A DNA stretch of 48,000 nt. Source: Minisyncoccota bacterium (GTDB taxonomy: Bacteria; Patescibacteriota; Minisyncoccia; Phycocordibacterales; UBA9973). Of this stretch, positions 1 through 8,585 are shown piece by piece (within the stretch, counting starts at the first letter, position 1; every line of letters starts with the position of its first letter). Below the pieces are notes generated by a model. That model searched no databases. It was not told where the DNA came from and saw only the letters and a program-made list of their open reading frames with translations. The stretch spans positions 288,734 to 336,733 of the forward strand of contig JBAZRK010000001.1 of the NCBI GenBank assembly GCA_041663005.1, written 5' to 3'. The position numbers were made by a program, and so were the translations under genes.

Positions 1-1071
1 TAAATGAAAACTTATCGTGTTCATTTCCTCAAGCGACACGTCGCCCACAGGCGCTAAGGTGAACGTAAGTTTGCGTATATCCGGCATATAGATATCCGCG
101 TCCTCATAGCCGGAGACCTTAGCGTCGGCAATTTTCTTAGTAAGTTCGGCTTCGTTAAATAGGAGTCCGTAGAGCGTGCCATTCAATTTAATCGACAGCT
201 CTTCAGTTCCCAGTGGCGAATCCATATTATCTACAGTGAAGGCCACCGCGTTCGGCCAAAGAATAAATCCGGGAGGAATCTGACCTAGAGCTTGCTTATA
301 CAATTTATCCTTAAGAGTTTTTTCAAGCTCTGTCAGAGCGGACTGTTTTTCTGCTTCGCTTGCTACAAGCGTCGTACCTACGAAACCACCGGTTATAGAA
401 GTTCCTGGCTTCGACAAAACTTTAAACTTGTCGTACTTGGGTGTTCCTTTAAACCCGATAATTTGAAAATCTATGGGCCCGCTATTGTACTCTTCTCCGG
501 CTTCACTAGCGTAAATTTCTACTTCAACGGAGCCCGGGGCACCGCCAGTCTTCATCCCTGGCACTGTGACTACCTTTCTTGTTTTATAAATTTTTCCGTT
601 GGAGCCGGATAGTCGGGTATCAATGTCGAGCCGCTGGGGAGCAGAGCTAAAGGAATTGAAAATTACCGCGGTGCCACTAGCCTTTTGTGACAATTCTTTT
701 TCTTCCGTAGCGGAGAGCTTTTGGTCCTCCTCGCCGGAAATCACCACCAGGTCGAAAAGTAGCGCTCCGGTCTCTAGAGTTTTCGTCGCTCGGAAATCTT
801 CATCCAAAGTTACCTTTTCTATCTTAGGGTAGACCAACACGTGCGCTTTCTCCATTAAAAACGATATCGCTATCAAGAGAAACGTAATAGAAAAAATGGC
901 GACAGTCCAGAGCATATAACGTGACCTATTCTGTGAAGGACTAGCTTTATGTACAGGCTCGGCAAAAACCCTAGCCGGTTCAGACTGTCTTTGCACTGGA
1001 GGAACCTTGACCGAAACTTTGCGGTCAAGATTTTTTCTCTTAATCATGTCTTCCAAGAAAGGCTTAGACAT
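1..1071 (-). CDS. Partial membrane-anchored protein running off the window edge; resembles the baseplate-J-like protein that follows the FtsA-like gene in Parcubacteria
   Basis: Missing from the ORF track because its stop lies outside the window. ATG at 1071, 2 nt after the upstream stop. The codons I translated (1071-421 and 60-1) are open: MSKPFLEDMIKRK..YMLWTVAIFSITFLLIAISFLM (one TM)..KASGTAVIFNSFSSAPQRLDIDTRL..VTVPG..PGSVEVEIYASEAGEEYN. Family label is from recall. Confidence 0.65.
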   Translation of the reverse strand, partial: MSKPFLEDMIKRKNLDRKVSVKVPPVQRQSEPARVFAEPVHKASPSQNRSRYMLWTVAIFSITFLLIAISFLMEKAHVLVYPKIEKVTLDEDFRATKTLETGALLFDLVVISGEEDQKLSATEEKELSQKASGTAVIFNSFSSAPQRLDIDTRLSGSNGKIYKTRKVVTVPGMKTGGAPGSVEVEIYASEAGEEYNSGPIDFQIIGFKGTPKYDKFKVLSKPGTSITGGFVGTTLVASEAEKQSALTELEKTLKDKLYKQALGQIPPGFILWPNAVAFTVDNMDSPLGTEELSIKLNGTLYGLLFNEAELTKKIADAKVSGYEDADIYMPDIRKLTFTLAPVGDVSLEEMNTISFHL

Positions 1072-1073
1072 TG

Positions 1074-2246
1074 TTATGGTTTAAGTAAAAAACGGCTAAT
1101 GTAAACGGAATCAATAATTAAGAATGGGTCACGCACAGATTCGTCTTCGAACTTGGCAAAGTTGTGTAACAACACAGTGTTTAAAGCTGTTATTTCAAAT
1201 TTGGAATCAGCCAGAGTGTATTGACTAAATTGCTCTGCTTTAATAGTCTCGTAAAACAAGTCTGTAAAATTCAAATCCGAAGTTAGGTAGACAGCACCGG
1301 GTACGGAGATATCGTTTGAAAGATTGGCAAGGGATTCTTGAAATTTCCTAAGCCATTCGGCGCGAAGCTGGTCCATAATAGTGGAAAGCTTGGCGGCCAC
1401 TGTTTCCTCTGCGTGTCCGTGTTTAAAAAGGGATATGAGCGAGTTAGCCTCGCTTATTGTTGAACCGAGACTCCTGGCCACTCCTCGGGTGAAAAAATTG
1501 CGCCCAACCGGAAAAGAGATTGATTCGCGTAAAATATTTTTCTTAACCATAAATATCTCCGTAACTTCGCCGCCGATATCTACCAACAGGAAGTTCTCTC
1601 GTTTAGGATCAAGGTCTCTGGCGACAGTAAAAGACGACATCGCGAAAGAAGAAAATTTAATCTGTTCAAACTGAAAAAATTTCCTAATTGTCTCCTCTAT
1701 CTTCGCTAGCGCAGCTTCTCCTCCCATCGAAATAAAGAGCATCATTTGTACCTGGCTAGTTTTCTGGTACAACGGCTCAGGCGTATCATAGCCATTCAGT
1801 AATGTTTTTATATTTTTCAGTTCTATATTCCGTACCGCATCACCATAACGAGACAGCTGCTCAGAGGTAAAAAGCTTGATTTCTTTTTTAATTAGCTCAT
1901 CGGCGACTTTTTCAGTAAAAACAAACTGCGCATTCTTTTTCAACTCGAGTGTGCGAGTCTGAGAGGCACACCACGGAGAAGCCAGAACGCAAAAGATGCG
2001 AGCAGGTGCGCCAAGCCCGGCTTTATGAAGCTTGCCTGCAGCCACTTCGAGGGCAGATAACGTTTTCGCGAAAAATCTATCAGGATCTAAATTTTCTTCT
2101 ATGGCTATCGGCTCAACAACAGAAAAAGTTATCTTAGGAGTTAGGCCATCCTGTACTGTAAACAAGGCTCCGCCCACCGCAGAAGATCCAATATGAAAAA
2201 CTAACATCAAGTCGCCGTCGTTTTTTCCTTTAGAAAAAATACCCAT
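1074..2246 (-). CDS. Actin-like ATPase fold protein (FtsA/PilM-like, degenerate)
   Basis: N-terminal LVFHIGSSAVG and LLVDIGGEVTEI..SFPVG match the two phosphate-loop motifs of the FtsA/PilM actin fold. Confidence 0.6.
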   Translation of the reverse strand: MGIFSKGKNDGDLMLVFHIGSSAVGGALFTVQDGLTPKITFSVVEPIAIEENLDPDRFFAKTLSALEVAAGKLHKAGLGAPARIFCVLASPWCASQTRTLELKKNAQFVFTEKVADELIKKEIKLFTSEQLSRYGDAVRNIELKNIKTLLNGYDTPEPLYQKTSQVQMMLFISMGGEAALAKIEETIRKFFQFEQIKFSSFAMSSFTVARDLDPKRENFLLVDIGGEVTEIFMVKKNILRESISFPVGRNFFTRGVARSLGSTISEANSLISLFKHGHAEETVAAKLSTIMDQLRAEWLRKFQESLANLSNDISVPGAVYLTSDLNFTDLFYETIKAEQFSQYTLADSKFEITALNTVLLHNFAKFEDESVRDPFLIIDSVYISRFLLKP

Positions 2247-2258
2247 AAGTAAATTATA

Positions 2259-4010
2259 TCACAAGAGCACTGCTTTTATGCGTCGAATGCCTTGTGCGAC
2301 TGCTTCCTCCTTCTGAATTTTAAATTGACCTAGCTCACTAGTGTTCTGTACGTGGGGTCCGCCACAGAATTCTTTTGAAAAAATATTCCCCTTCTCATCT
2401 TCTGCGAAGTAAACCGAAACAACATCGGCATACTTAGCGCCAAATTCCATCTCGGCGCCAATTTGCTGTGCTTCGGCAAAAGGCATTTCTCGACGAACCA
2501 TACTAAGCCCGAGTTTGATTTTATCATTCACCCAGTCCTCCACTTTTTTCTTCTCTTCATCGGTTAACTTGTGGTCACATAGAAAGTCTATGCGCAGACG
2601 CTCCTCGGTAATGTTGCTGCCCCTTTGCTTAACCTCCTTCCCTACTACATTTTGCAAGGCTGCGAGAAGTAAGTGGTGCGCGGTGTGAAGGCGCACAGTT
2701 TTCTCGTTGTGGTTAGCTAGTCCTCCCTTAAACATTCCAGCGGAAGCGGTTTGGGAAAGCTTCTGGTGCTCCGCCATTTTTTTCTTGAAATCTTCCACGT
2801 CTATAGTACGGCCTTGTTCCTGTGCCAATTCTAGTGTCAGTTCTATCGGGAAGCCATAAGTCGTAGCCAACACAAAAGGGTCTGTGCCCTTTTCAAATTC
2901 TTTTAGACCATGCTCGAGATTAGATTCAAATTTTTTTATTTCATTATCCAGAGTTCCTTTTATATAGTCATTTTTGTTAATAAAGCTTTCTGCGTAAAAT
3001 TCACCGTATTTAATTACAACATTATCCACAAGACCAACTAGAGTAGTAGTTGCTAGTTTAATATTATGGCTTTGCATTACTGCCCTCCTAATTAGCCTTC
3101 TTAACACATAGCCCGCATCTTTATTACTTGGCAAAACTCCGTCTGCTATCAAAAAAACTGCTGTACGAATATGGTCGGCGATTATTCGTTGCGCACGAAT
3201 ACTACTTACCTCACTTGATAAATTATTTATATTTTTTATCATGCCGACAAACAAATCAGTATCGTAAGCAGTTTGTTTCCCTTGCATCACTGCCGTAATT
3301 CTTTCCAGGCCTGCTCCTGTGTCAACATTTTTCTGTTTTAGTTTGCCGACAACTTTTCCATCTTTTTTCTCATACTCCATAAAGACGTCATTCCAAATTT
3401 CTATGACATCTTCATTCTTGACTGCTTGAATAAATCCTTCTTTATTCAAATCTCCCACATCGCCCGTCATATCATAAAACATCTCACTGCAAGGACCGCA
3501 AGGACCATTCTCACCAGGGCTCCACCAATTATCGCCCGCCGGAAGAGCATAGATTCTATTTTCTGAAATACCTTGTTTTATCCAAATATCTTTCGATTCT
3601 TGGTCATAAGGTGCATTTTCATCACCCTCAAAAATTGTTATGTAAAGTCGACTTACGTCGAGGCCCAATCCCTCCTCTTTCGAAGTCAGAAATTCATAGC
3701 TCCATTTTATTGCTTCTTCCTTAAAATAATCGCCCAGCGACCAGTTCCCCATCATTTCAAAAAATGAAAGGTGGCGCTTGTCCCCAATGTCATCCAGGTC
3801 ACCTGTACGTACACATTTCTGAATGTCTACAATTCTTTTCCCCATTGGGTGTTCTTGCCCGAGTAAATACGGCACCAAGGGCTGCATCCCTGCAGTGTTA
3901 AACAAAACCGACGGATCATTCTCGGGCACCAACGAGGCGGAAGGAATTATTTTATGCCCCCGATTTTCAAAAAATTTAAGGAATTTTGTACGAATTTCGC
4001 TAGACTGCAT
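2259..4010 (-). CDS. alaS: Alanine--tRNA ligase, short form ending after the editing domain
   Basis: LFNTAGMQP, HLSFFEMMGNWS, EIWNDVFM, VDTGAGLER, GYVLRRLIRRA and editing motifs HTAHH and EFCGGPH. Start placed at MQSSEIR (4010). Confidence 0.97.
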   Translation of the reverse strand: MQSSEIRTKFLKFFENRGHKIIPSASLVPENDPSVLFNTAGMQPLVPYLLGQEHPMGKRIVDIQKCVRTGDLDDIGDKRHLSFFEMMGNWSLGDYFKEEAIKWSYEFLTSKEEGLGLDVSRLYITIFEGDENAPYDQESKDIWIKQGISENRIYALPAGDNWWSPGENGPCGPCSEMFYDMTGDVGDLNKEGFIQAVKNEDVIEIWNDVFMEYEKKDGKVVGKLKQKNVDTGAGLERITAVMQGKQTAYDTDLFVGMIKNINNLSSEVSSIRAQRIIADHIRTAVFLIADGVLPSNKDAGYVLRRLIRRAVMQSHNIKLATTTLVGLVDNVVIKYGEFYAESFINKNDYIKGTLDNEIKKFESNLEHGLKEFEKGTDPFVLATTYGFPIELTLELAQEQGRTIDVEDFKKKMAEHQKLSQTASAGMFKGGLANHNEKTVRLHTAHHLLLAALQNVVGKEVKQRGSNITEERLRIDFLCDHKLTDEEKKKVEDWVNDKIKLGLSMVRREMPFAEAQQIGAEMEFGAKYADVVSVYFAEDEKGNIFSKEFCGGPHVQNTSELGQFKIQKEEAVAQGIRRIKAVLL

Positions 4011-4470
4011 CGTTATCAATATCGTCAGAAATTTTTCTAATAGGCTTCTCTATCACATTCATTGCGAGGAAAATGAAAAGTACTAAAACAGTTGAAATTA
4101 TGGCTAAGCTGAAAAGTCCGAAGCCCGCCGCCATACCTATGCCAGCCGTGACCCAGAGCCCTCCAGCAGTGGTGAGTCCGAGTAAACGATCGCCTTTGAG
4201 AATTATTGAACCCGCACCTAAAAATCCAATTCCCACAATAACCTGGGAAGCAATACGCGTCGGATCGAAACCCCCAACTACCGCATACTTAACGGCTATC
4301 AGTTCGGAAATGATAATGAAAACTGCTGAACCTAGAGACACTAAAGCGTGTGTTTTAATCCCCGCTTCTTTGTGGACGAGAAGTCGCTCCGCCCCTATTA
4401 ACATCCCCAGCACAACCGCAGTTACCAACTTTAAAATAAGATCGCCATTTTGCGCAAAAAATTGAGTCAT
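4000..4470 (-). CDS. MgtC/SapB family membrane protein
   Basis: IGAER..AGIKTHALV..DPTRIASQVIVGIGFLGAG..GLTTA..W..A.IG.AAG. Confidence 0.93.
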   Translation of the reverse strand: MTQFFAQNGDLILKLVTAVVLGMLIGAERLLVHKEAGIKTHALVSLGSAVFIIISELIAVKYAVVGGFDPTRIASQVIVGIGFLGAGSIILKGDRLLGLTTAGGLWVTAGIGMAAGFGLFSLAIISTVLVLFIFLAMNVIEKPIRKISDDIDNDAV

Positions 4471-4476
4471 AGGTAT

Positions 4477-4505
4477 ATTGTATAATACGAGGCTTATTTA
4501 GACAA
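4477..4505 (-). promoter_or_regulatory. sigma70-type promoter, leaderless geometry
   Basis: TTGTCT-17 nt-TACAAT-6 nt-ATG(4470). Confidence 0.7.
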
Positions 4506-5252
4506 CTTACCTTCGAGAAATAATTTCTCAAGCACGTACGCTAGACCATCTTCGTCCACAGATGGCGCAATTAAGTCAGCCTTGGCCTTAAGTTCTTCAG
4601 AGCCATTCGCCATGGCGACTTTATACCCCGCCAATTCAAAAAGCGGTAAATCATTATTACTATCCCCAACAGCAACAACCTCGTCTTTGTGTACCCCTAG
4701 CAGCTCTAGAAGCACTTCCATAGAATGACGCTTGGTGGCTTCAGAATGCGTTATATGAATATCAAAATGTCCTAGTGTCCAAGAAATTATTTTATGGGCA
4801 GATATGTCAGGTATTGAACTTAGTTTTTGCAAAATAATTTTCGTATCCTCTTCTGTCACTGGCTCGATATATATTATTCTCTCATCCTTTTTTGTAATTT
4901 TGTACTTTGCCAATGACCCCTCCGTGTCGTCACCTATAAAAACGTTATACTGATACTCCTCCGCAATTTCCATAACTTTTTCAATCTGAGCTTTGTCCAT
5001 ACTCTTTTCCCATAAAATCTTTTCCGTTATGGGGTCAATGATTCTAGTCCCACCATTTACAATACAGGGAGCAGTTAAGCCGAGCTCTTTTATTATATGG
5101 CCAGCTAGGCCAATGCCTCGGCCGGTTGCCGCACTCACAAAAACCTGATTTTTAATTTTTTTTATAATTTCTATCACCCGCGGCGAAGGTCTGCCGTCTT
5201 TTTTATTGGGAATAGTAGTTCCGTCTAAGTCTAAAATTACTGCTTTGTACAT
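4494..5252 (-). CDS. Cof-type HAD-IIB hydrolase
   Basis: ILDLDGT, AATGR, K-containing motif III, VGDSNNDLPLF. Start moved to MYKAV (5252), 1 nt after the upstream stop. Confidence 0.92.
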   Translation of the reverse strand: MYKAVILDLDGTTIPNKKDGRPSPRVIEIIKKIKNQVFVSAATGRGIGLAGHIIKELGLTAPCIVNGGTRIIDPITEKILWEKSMDKAQIEKVMEIAEEYQYNVFIGDDTEGSLAKYKITKKDERIIYIEPVTEEDTKIILQKLSSIPDISAHKIISWTLGHFDIHITHSEATKRHSMEVLLELLGVHKDEVVAVGDSNNDLPLFELAGYKVAMANGSEELKAKADLIAPSVDEDGLAYVLEKLFLEGKLSK

Positions 5253-5253
5253 C

Positions 5254-5988
5254 TTATTGTTTTCTCTCTTCAACCCCCGAATGAATTTGCTCTGGAGAAT
5301 AATTCGGCTTCTCTGGTGCATACCCCAAGATAGTTTTTGCTTTAGAGATATCTATGTGAGGGACTTCATCGACGATACTAAAAGCTTCATACCAAAACTC
5401 CTTCGGGTATTCGAGCGCAAATTTAATAGCCTGGATGGCATTGTTTATACTTACACTTGTCCCAAGGAATACTTTATTAATCGGCCCAAACCTTAAAGCC
5501 ACCGTTTCAAATTTTTTATTGAGTCCATACCACGCCACTACCTGCTCAGCCATTACTTTACTCATATGGTAAGACAGGTCTACATCACGACAAGAAAGTT
5601 TGTCCGCAGATAGATATTGAGAAACAAATTTTTGATTTTCAGTTATTGGTACATCGAACAGTATTCCTTTCTCGATACCATATATTGTCGTAGAGCTTGC
5701 ATACACAACTCGCTTAATTTTATTTTCTTGAGCTGCCTTTAGTACATTGTGAGTACCCAGCACATTCGTATTTAAATAATCATCAAAAGACTTCCCTTCA
5801 ACTGGTTTAGGTATAGCGGCCAAATGCACGACTTGATCACATCCTTTCATTTTTTCACTAAGTTGTTCAAAATCTTGAATATCAAATCCATCTTTTATAT
5901 CAAAACCTACGATTTCAAAAGAAGCTTTGTATTTTTTTACAAACTCGCTGCCTAGATATCCCTTATCGCCAGTTATTAATATTTTCAT
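5254..5988 (-). CDS. NAD-dependent epimerase/dehydratase (extended SDR)
   Basis: MKILITGDKGYLG, VVHLAA, N.LGT.NVL, YHMSK (YxxxK). Start at MKILITG. Confidence 0.9.
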   Translation of the reverse strand: MKILITGDKGYLGSEFVKKYKASFEIVGFDIKDGFDIQDFEQLSEKMKGCDQVVHLAAIPKPVEGKSFDDYLNTNVLGTHNVLKAAQENKIKRVVYASSTTIYGIEKGILFDVPITENQKFVSQYLSADKLSCRDVDLSYHMSKVMAEQVVAWYGLNKKFETVALRFGPINKVFLGTSVSINNAIQAIKFALEYPKEFWYEAFSIVDEVPHIDISKAKTILGYAPEKPNYSPEQIHSGVEERKQ

Positions 5989-6012
5989 AATTTCATTATA
6001 CAAGTATTTACA

Positions 6013-7152
6013 CTACTTTACGACTCCCCCGCCCAAGCAAACATTGCCATCATAAACCACCACAGACTGTCCTGCCGCCACGAGAACTGGTTTCGCGAAT
6101 ACAATCTCAGCGCTATCTTTGGAAATAATTTTCACCGTACAATCTAAAAATTCTCCGTGGTAGCGAATCTGGGCTGTATAATGTTTTTCTGATTTTGGAA
6201 TTTCGGATATCCAGTTTGTATTTTCTATTCTATAATTCGTTAGAATATTAGAATTGGAAATATTTCTGTTTTGCGATACAACTAAAATATTTTTCTTTAG
6301 GTCTTTACTTATTATGTAATAAGGCCCATCAGTCGGAAGCTTTTTGGTAATAGTAAAACCGTGCCTTTCTCCCAAAGTATGGAAGACGACACCATCATGA
6401 AACCCTATCACCTCTCCGATCTCATTCACCACTTTTCCTTTTTTTTCTTTAATATAGTGTTTCAAAAATTCTTTCAGGTCGATGGAGCCCAAGAAACAAA
6501 TACCCTGGCTGTCTTTTTTCTCAGCCACCGGAAGTTTGAATTTTTTCGCCAATGTCCTTACTTCAGATTTTTTCAACCTTCCCACGGGAAACAGAATTCG
6601 CTCAAGCTGTTTCTGATTCAGCGTCCATAAGAAATAACTTTGATCTTTAGATGGATCTTTGGCCTTGAAGAGCCTCGTCGGGAAATTGTTTTTCGAACGG
6701 TTGACGTTGCTCTGCAGAAAATCCTGAGAAAAAATATTTCCCGATGAGGCTTGCGTATAGTGCCCCGTCGCCACATAGTCTGCGCCCATAGCGATAGCTT
6801 TTTTCAGGAACGCCCCGAATTTCACCTCTTTATTACACATTACATCAGGGTTCGGAGTACGCCCCGCCTTATACTCACGAATCATATAATCAGCAACTTC
6901 ATTTTTATACACGTCTTCAAGGTCAAAAGTGAGAAACGGAATGTCCAAATGCGCCGCGACCCGCATAGCGTCACGCCTTTCTTCTTCTTCATTGCATTCG
7001 AGAAAATCCGGGTGCCAGGTTTTAATAAAAACCCCAACAACTTCGTATCCATCTTTTTGAAGTAGAGCTGCAGAAACAGCGGAGTCCACTCCACCAGAAA
7101 GCCCGACAAAAACAGTCTTTCGACCTCGCTTAGTATCTACACCCTTTTTCAT
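6013..7152 (-). CDS. mnmA: tRNA 2-thiouridine(34) synthase MnmA
   Basis: GLSGGVDS, TPNPDVMCNKEVKF, ATGHY, KDQSYFL, KKDSQGICF, GQS. Confidence 0.97.
   Translation of the reverse strand: MKKGVDTKRGRKTVFVGLSGGVDSAVSAALLQKDGYEVVGVFIKTWHPDFLECNEEEERRDAMRVAAHLDIPFLTFDLEDVYKNEVADYMIREYKAGRTPNPDVMCNKEVKFGAFLKKAIAMGADYVATGHYTQASSGNIFSQDFLQSNVNRSKNNFPTRLFKAKDPSKDQSYFLWTLNQKQLERILFPVGRLKKSEVRTLAKKFKLPVAEKKDSQGICFLGSIDLKEFLKHYIKEKKGKVVNEIGEVIGFHDGVVFHTLGERHGFTITKKLPTDGPYYIISKDLKKNILVVSQNRNISNSNILTNYRIENTNWISEIPKSEKHYTAQIRYHGEFLDCTVKIISKDSAEIVFAKPVLVAAGQSVVVYDGNVCLGGGVVK
6671..6751. repeat. 81-bp hairpin element inside the mnmA coding sequence
   Basis: Terminal inverted repeats AGCCTCGTCGGGAAAT (6671-6686) and ATTTCCCGATGAGGCT (6736-6751), 15/16 match. 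Confidence 0.8.
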
Positions 7153-7161
7153 ATATTCACC

Positions 7162-7689
7162 TTACAATTCCATCAATTTTTTGTAAAGCTCGTATGTAGC
7201 GCGAGCATCGGAGAGAGCTGTATGTGCCCGCTCATTTTTTATCCCGAAACGTAAGCATAATTCTCTAAGTGAGAGGTGGTCCAAGTCAGGCTCACGATGA
7301 AGCTTGGCCCAGGCTACAGACACGGTGTCTAGCCGGTGATAATGCAGAGTATTTGCTTTCCCAATTTTATTGAAACCATATTCTAAAAATCCGGCGTCAA
7401 AGGCAACGTTGTGTCCGACCATTATTGCGCCCTCCACTTTGTCGGCAAAAATTTTCATAGCTTCTGCGAGGGGCAAAGCATCAGTCCATTCTTCTTCTTT
7501 ATAGTGACACACTTTAAGCGAGACCGGATCGGCGTCTTCTATTCTCTCGGGCTTAACTTTTATTTCGAATTCTTCTATCACCTCTAGGTCGGGCGTTGTA
7601 AGAACACATCCAATTTGCAAAAGCTCGTGCTTCATTAGGTTAAGCCCACTTGTTTCCGTATCTATAAATGCATAGTTGTGTTTTCTCAT
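7162..7689 (-). CDS. DEDDh 3'-5' exonuclease (DnaQ-like)
   Basis: FIDTETSG, GHNVAFD, HTALSDA. Confidence 0.92.
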   Translation of the reverse strand: MRKHNYAFIDTETSGLNLMKHELLQIGCVLTTPDLEVIEEFEIKVKPERIEDADPVSLKVCHYKEEEWTDALPLAEAMKIFADKVEGAIMVGHNVAFDAGFLEYGFNKIGKANTLHYHRLDTVSVAWAKLHREPDLDHLSLRELCLRFGIKNERAHTALSDARATYELYKKLMEL

Positions 7690-7691
7690 AA

Positions 7692-8576
7692 TTAATTTCC
7701 GCTTAAATACTTCTTCTTATTAGCCGTATGAGTAGCGAAATCTTTCGCATAATGAATTCCACCATCTTTGTCATGCAAATAATATAAGTATGGAGAAAGT
7801 TCGGGTTGAATGGCGGCTTGTATCGCCTTAAGCCCAGGATTACTAATAGGACCTGCGGGTAAACCTCTTTCCTTGTATGTAACCGGGGCTGCGTCAGCTT
7901 GTAGGGCCATACCTATTTTAAACCTTTTCCATAAAATTCCCGAAATAAGAGCGCGGTCTGCATCACCGCTCGCCTCTCCTTCAATGATAGACGCCATTGT
8001 TATAATTTGTTTGAGAGTTTTGCCAGACGAAGCGATCTCTCCGGCTAACGGTTCTATTTTTTTATCAAAATTTTCTGACAATGAACGGGTAGCTTCCGTC
8101 TCACCATCAGTATTTAAGAAAAAATATGTGTCGGGGAATAGATATCCTTCTTTTTCCTTGGCTAAAATTAGAAAACGCTCTTGGTTAAAATTTGGGAGTT
8201 TCTTTTCGAAAGCTTTCGCAATTTCTTCATTGTTATAGCCTTCCGGAATAGTGACTACCACGGGCGCCATACCGAATTTCCCGCCACCCAAGCGCCAGGC
8301 AACAGCAAACACCGGCAATTTCTGGTCGAAAGAATAAAAGGCTGGTTTAATTTTCAATTCCGCCCCCATCAGTATGATAAAGAATTCGAAGGCGACTCGC
8401 GAACGTATAACTTTATTCTCTTCAAGTACAGCAGAAACCTTCCTTAAACTGGCCCCTTTTTCTATTTCTACTGTTTGATTTATGGGAAAATTGGTCGGCG
8501 GACTTAAGAGAAAAAAATGGAAAATTCCTAAAAATAAAACAGCTCCAAATATATAAAGGATAGTTTTTCTTTCCAT
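7692..8576 (-). CDS. mltG: Endolytic transglycosylase MltG
   Basis: N-terminal TM, VTIPEG, EGYLFPDTY, ASIIEGE (catalytic Glu), GLPAGPISNPG..AI.A, YLYYLHD. Confidence 0.92.
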   Translation of the reverse strand: MERKTILYIFGAVLFLGIFHFFLLSPPTNFPINQTVEIEKGASLRKVSAVLEENKVIRSRVAFEFFIILMGAELKIKPAFYSFDQKLPVFAVAWRLGGGKFGMAPVVVTIPEGYNNEEIAKAFEKKLPNFNQERFLILAKEKEGYLFPDTYFFLNTDGETEATRSLSENFDKKIEPLAGEIASSGKTLKQIITMASIIEGEASGDADRALISGILWKRFKIGMALQADAAPVTYKERGLPAGPISNPGLKAIQAAIQPELSPYLYYLHDKDGGIHYAKDFATHTANKKKYLSGN

Positions 8577-8585
8577 ATATTAATT

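Noticed and set aside
292-832. Plus-strand ORFs 292-612 and 599-832
   Set aside because: Antisense shadows of the long minus-strand CDS (1-1071) that the ORF track missed; no motifs.
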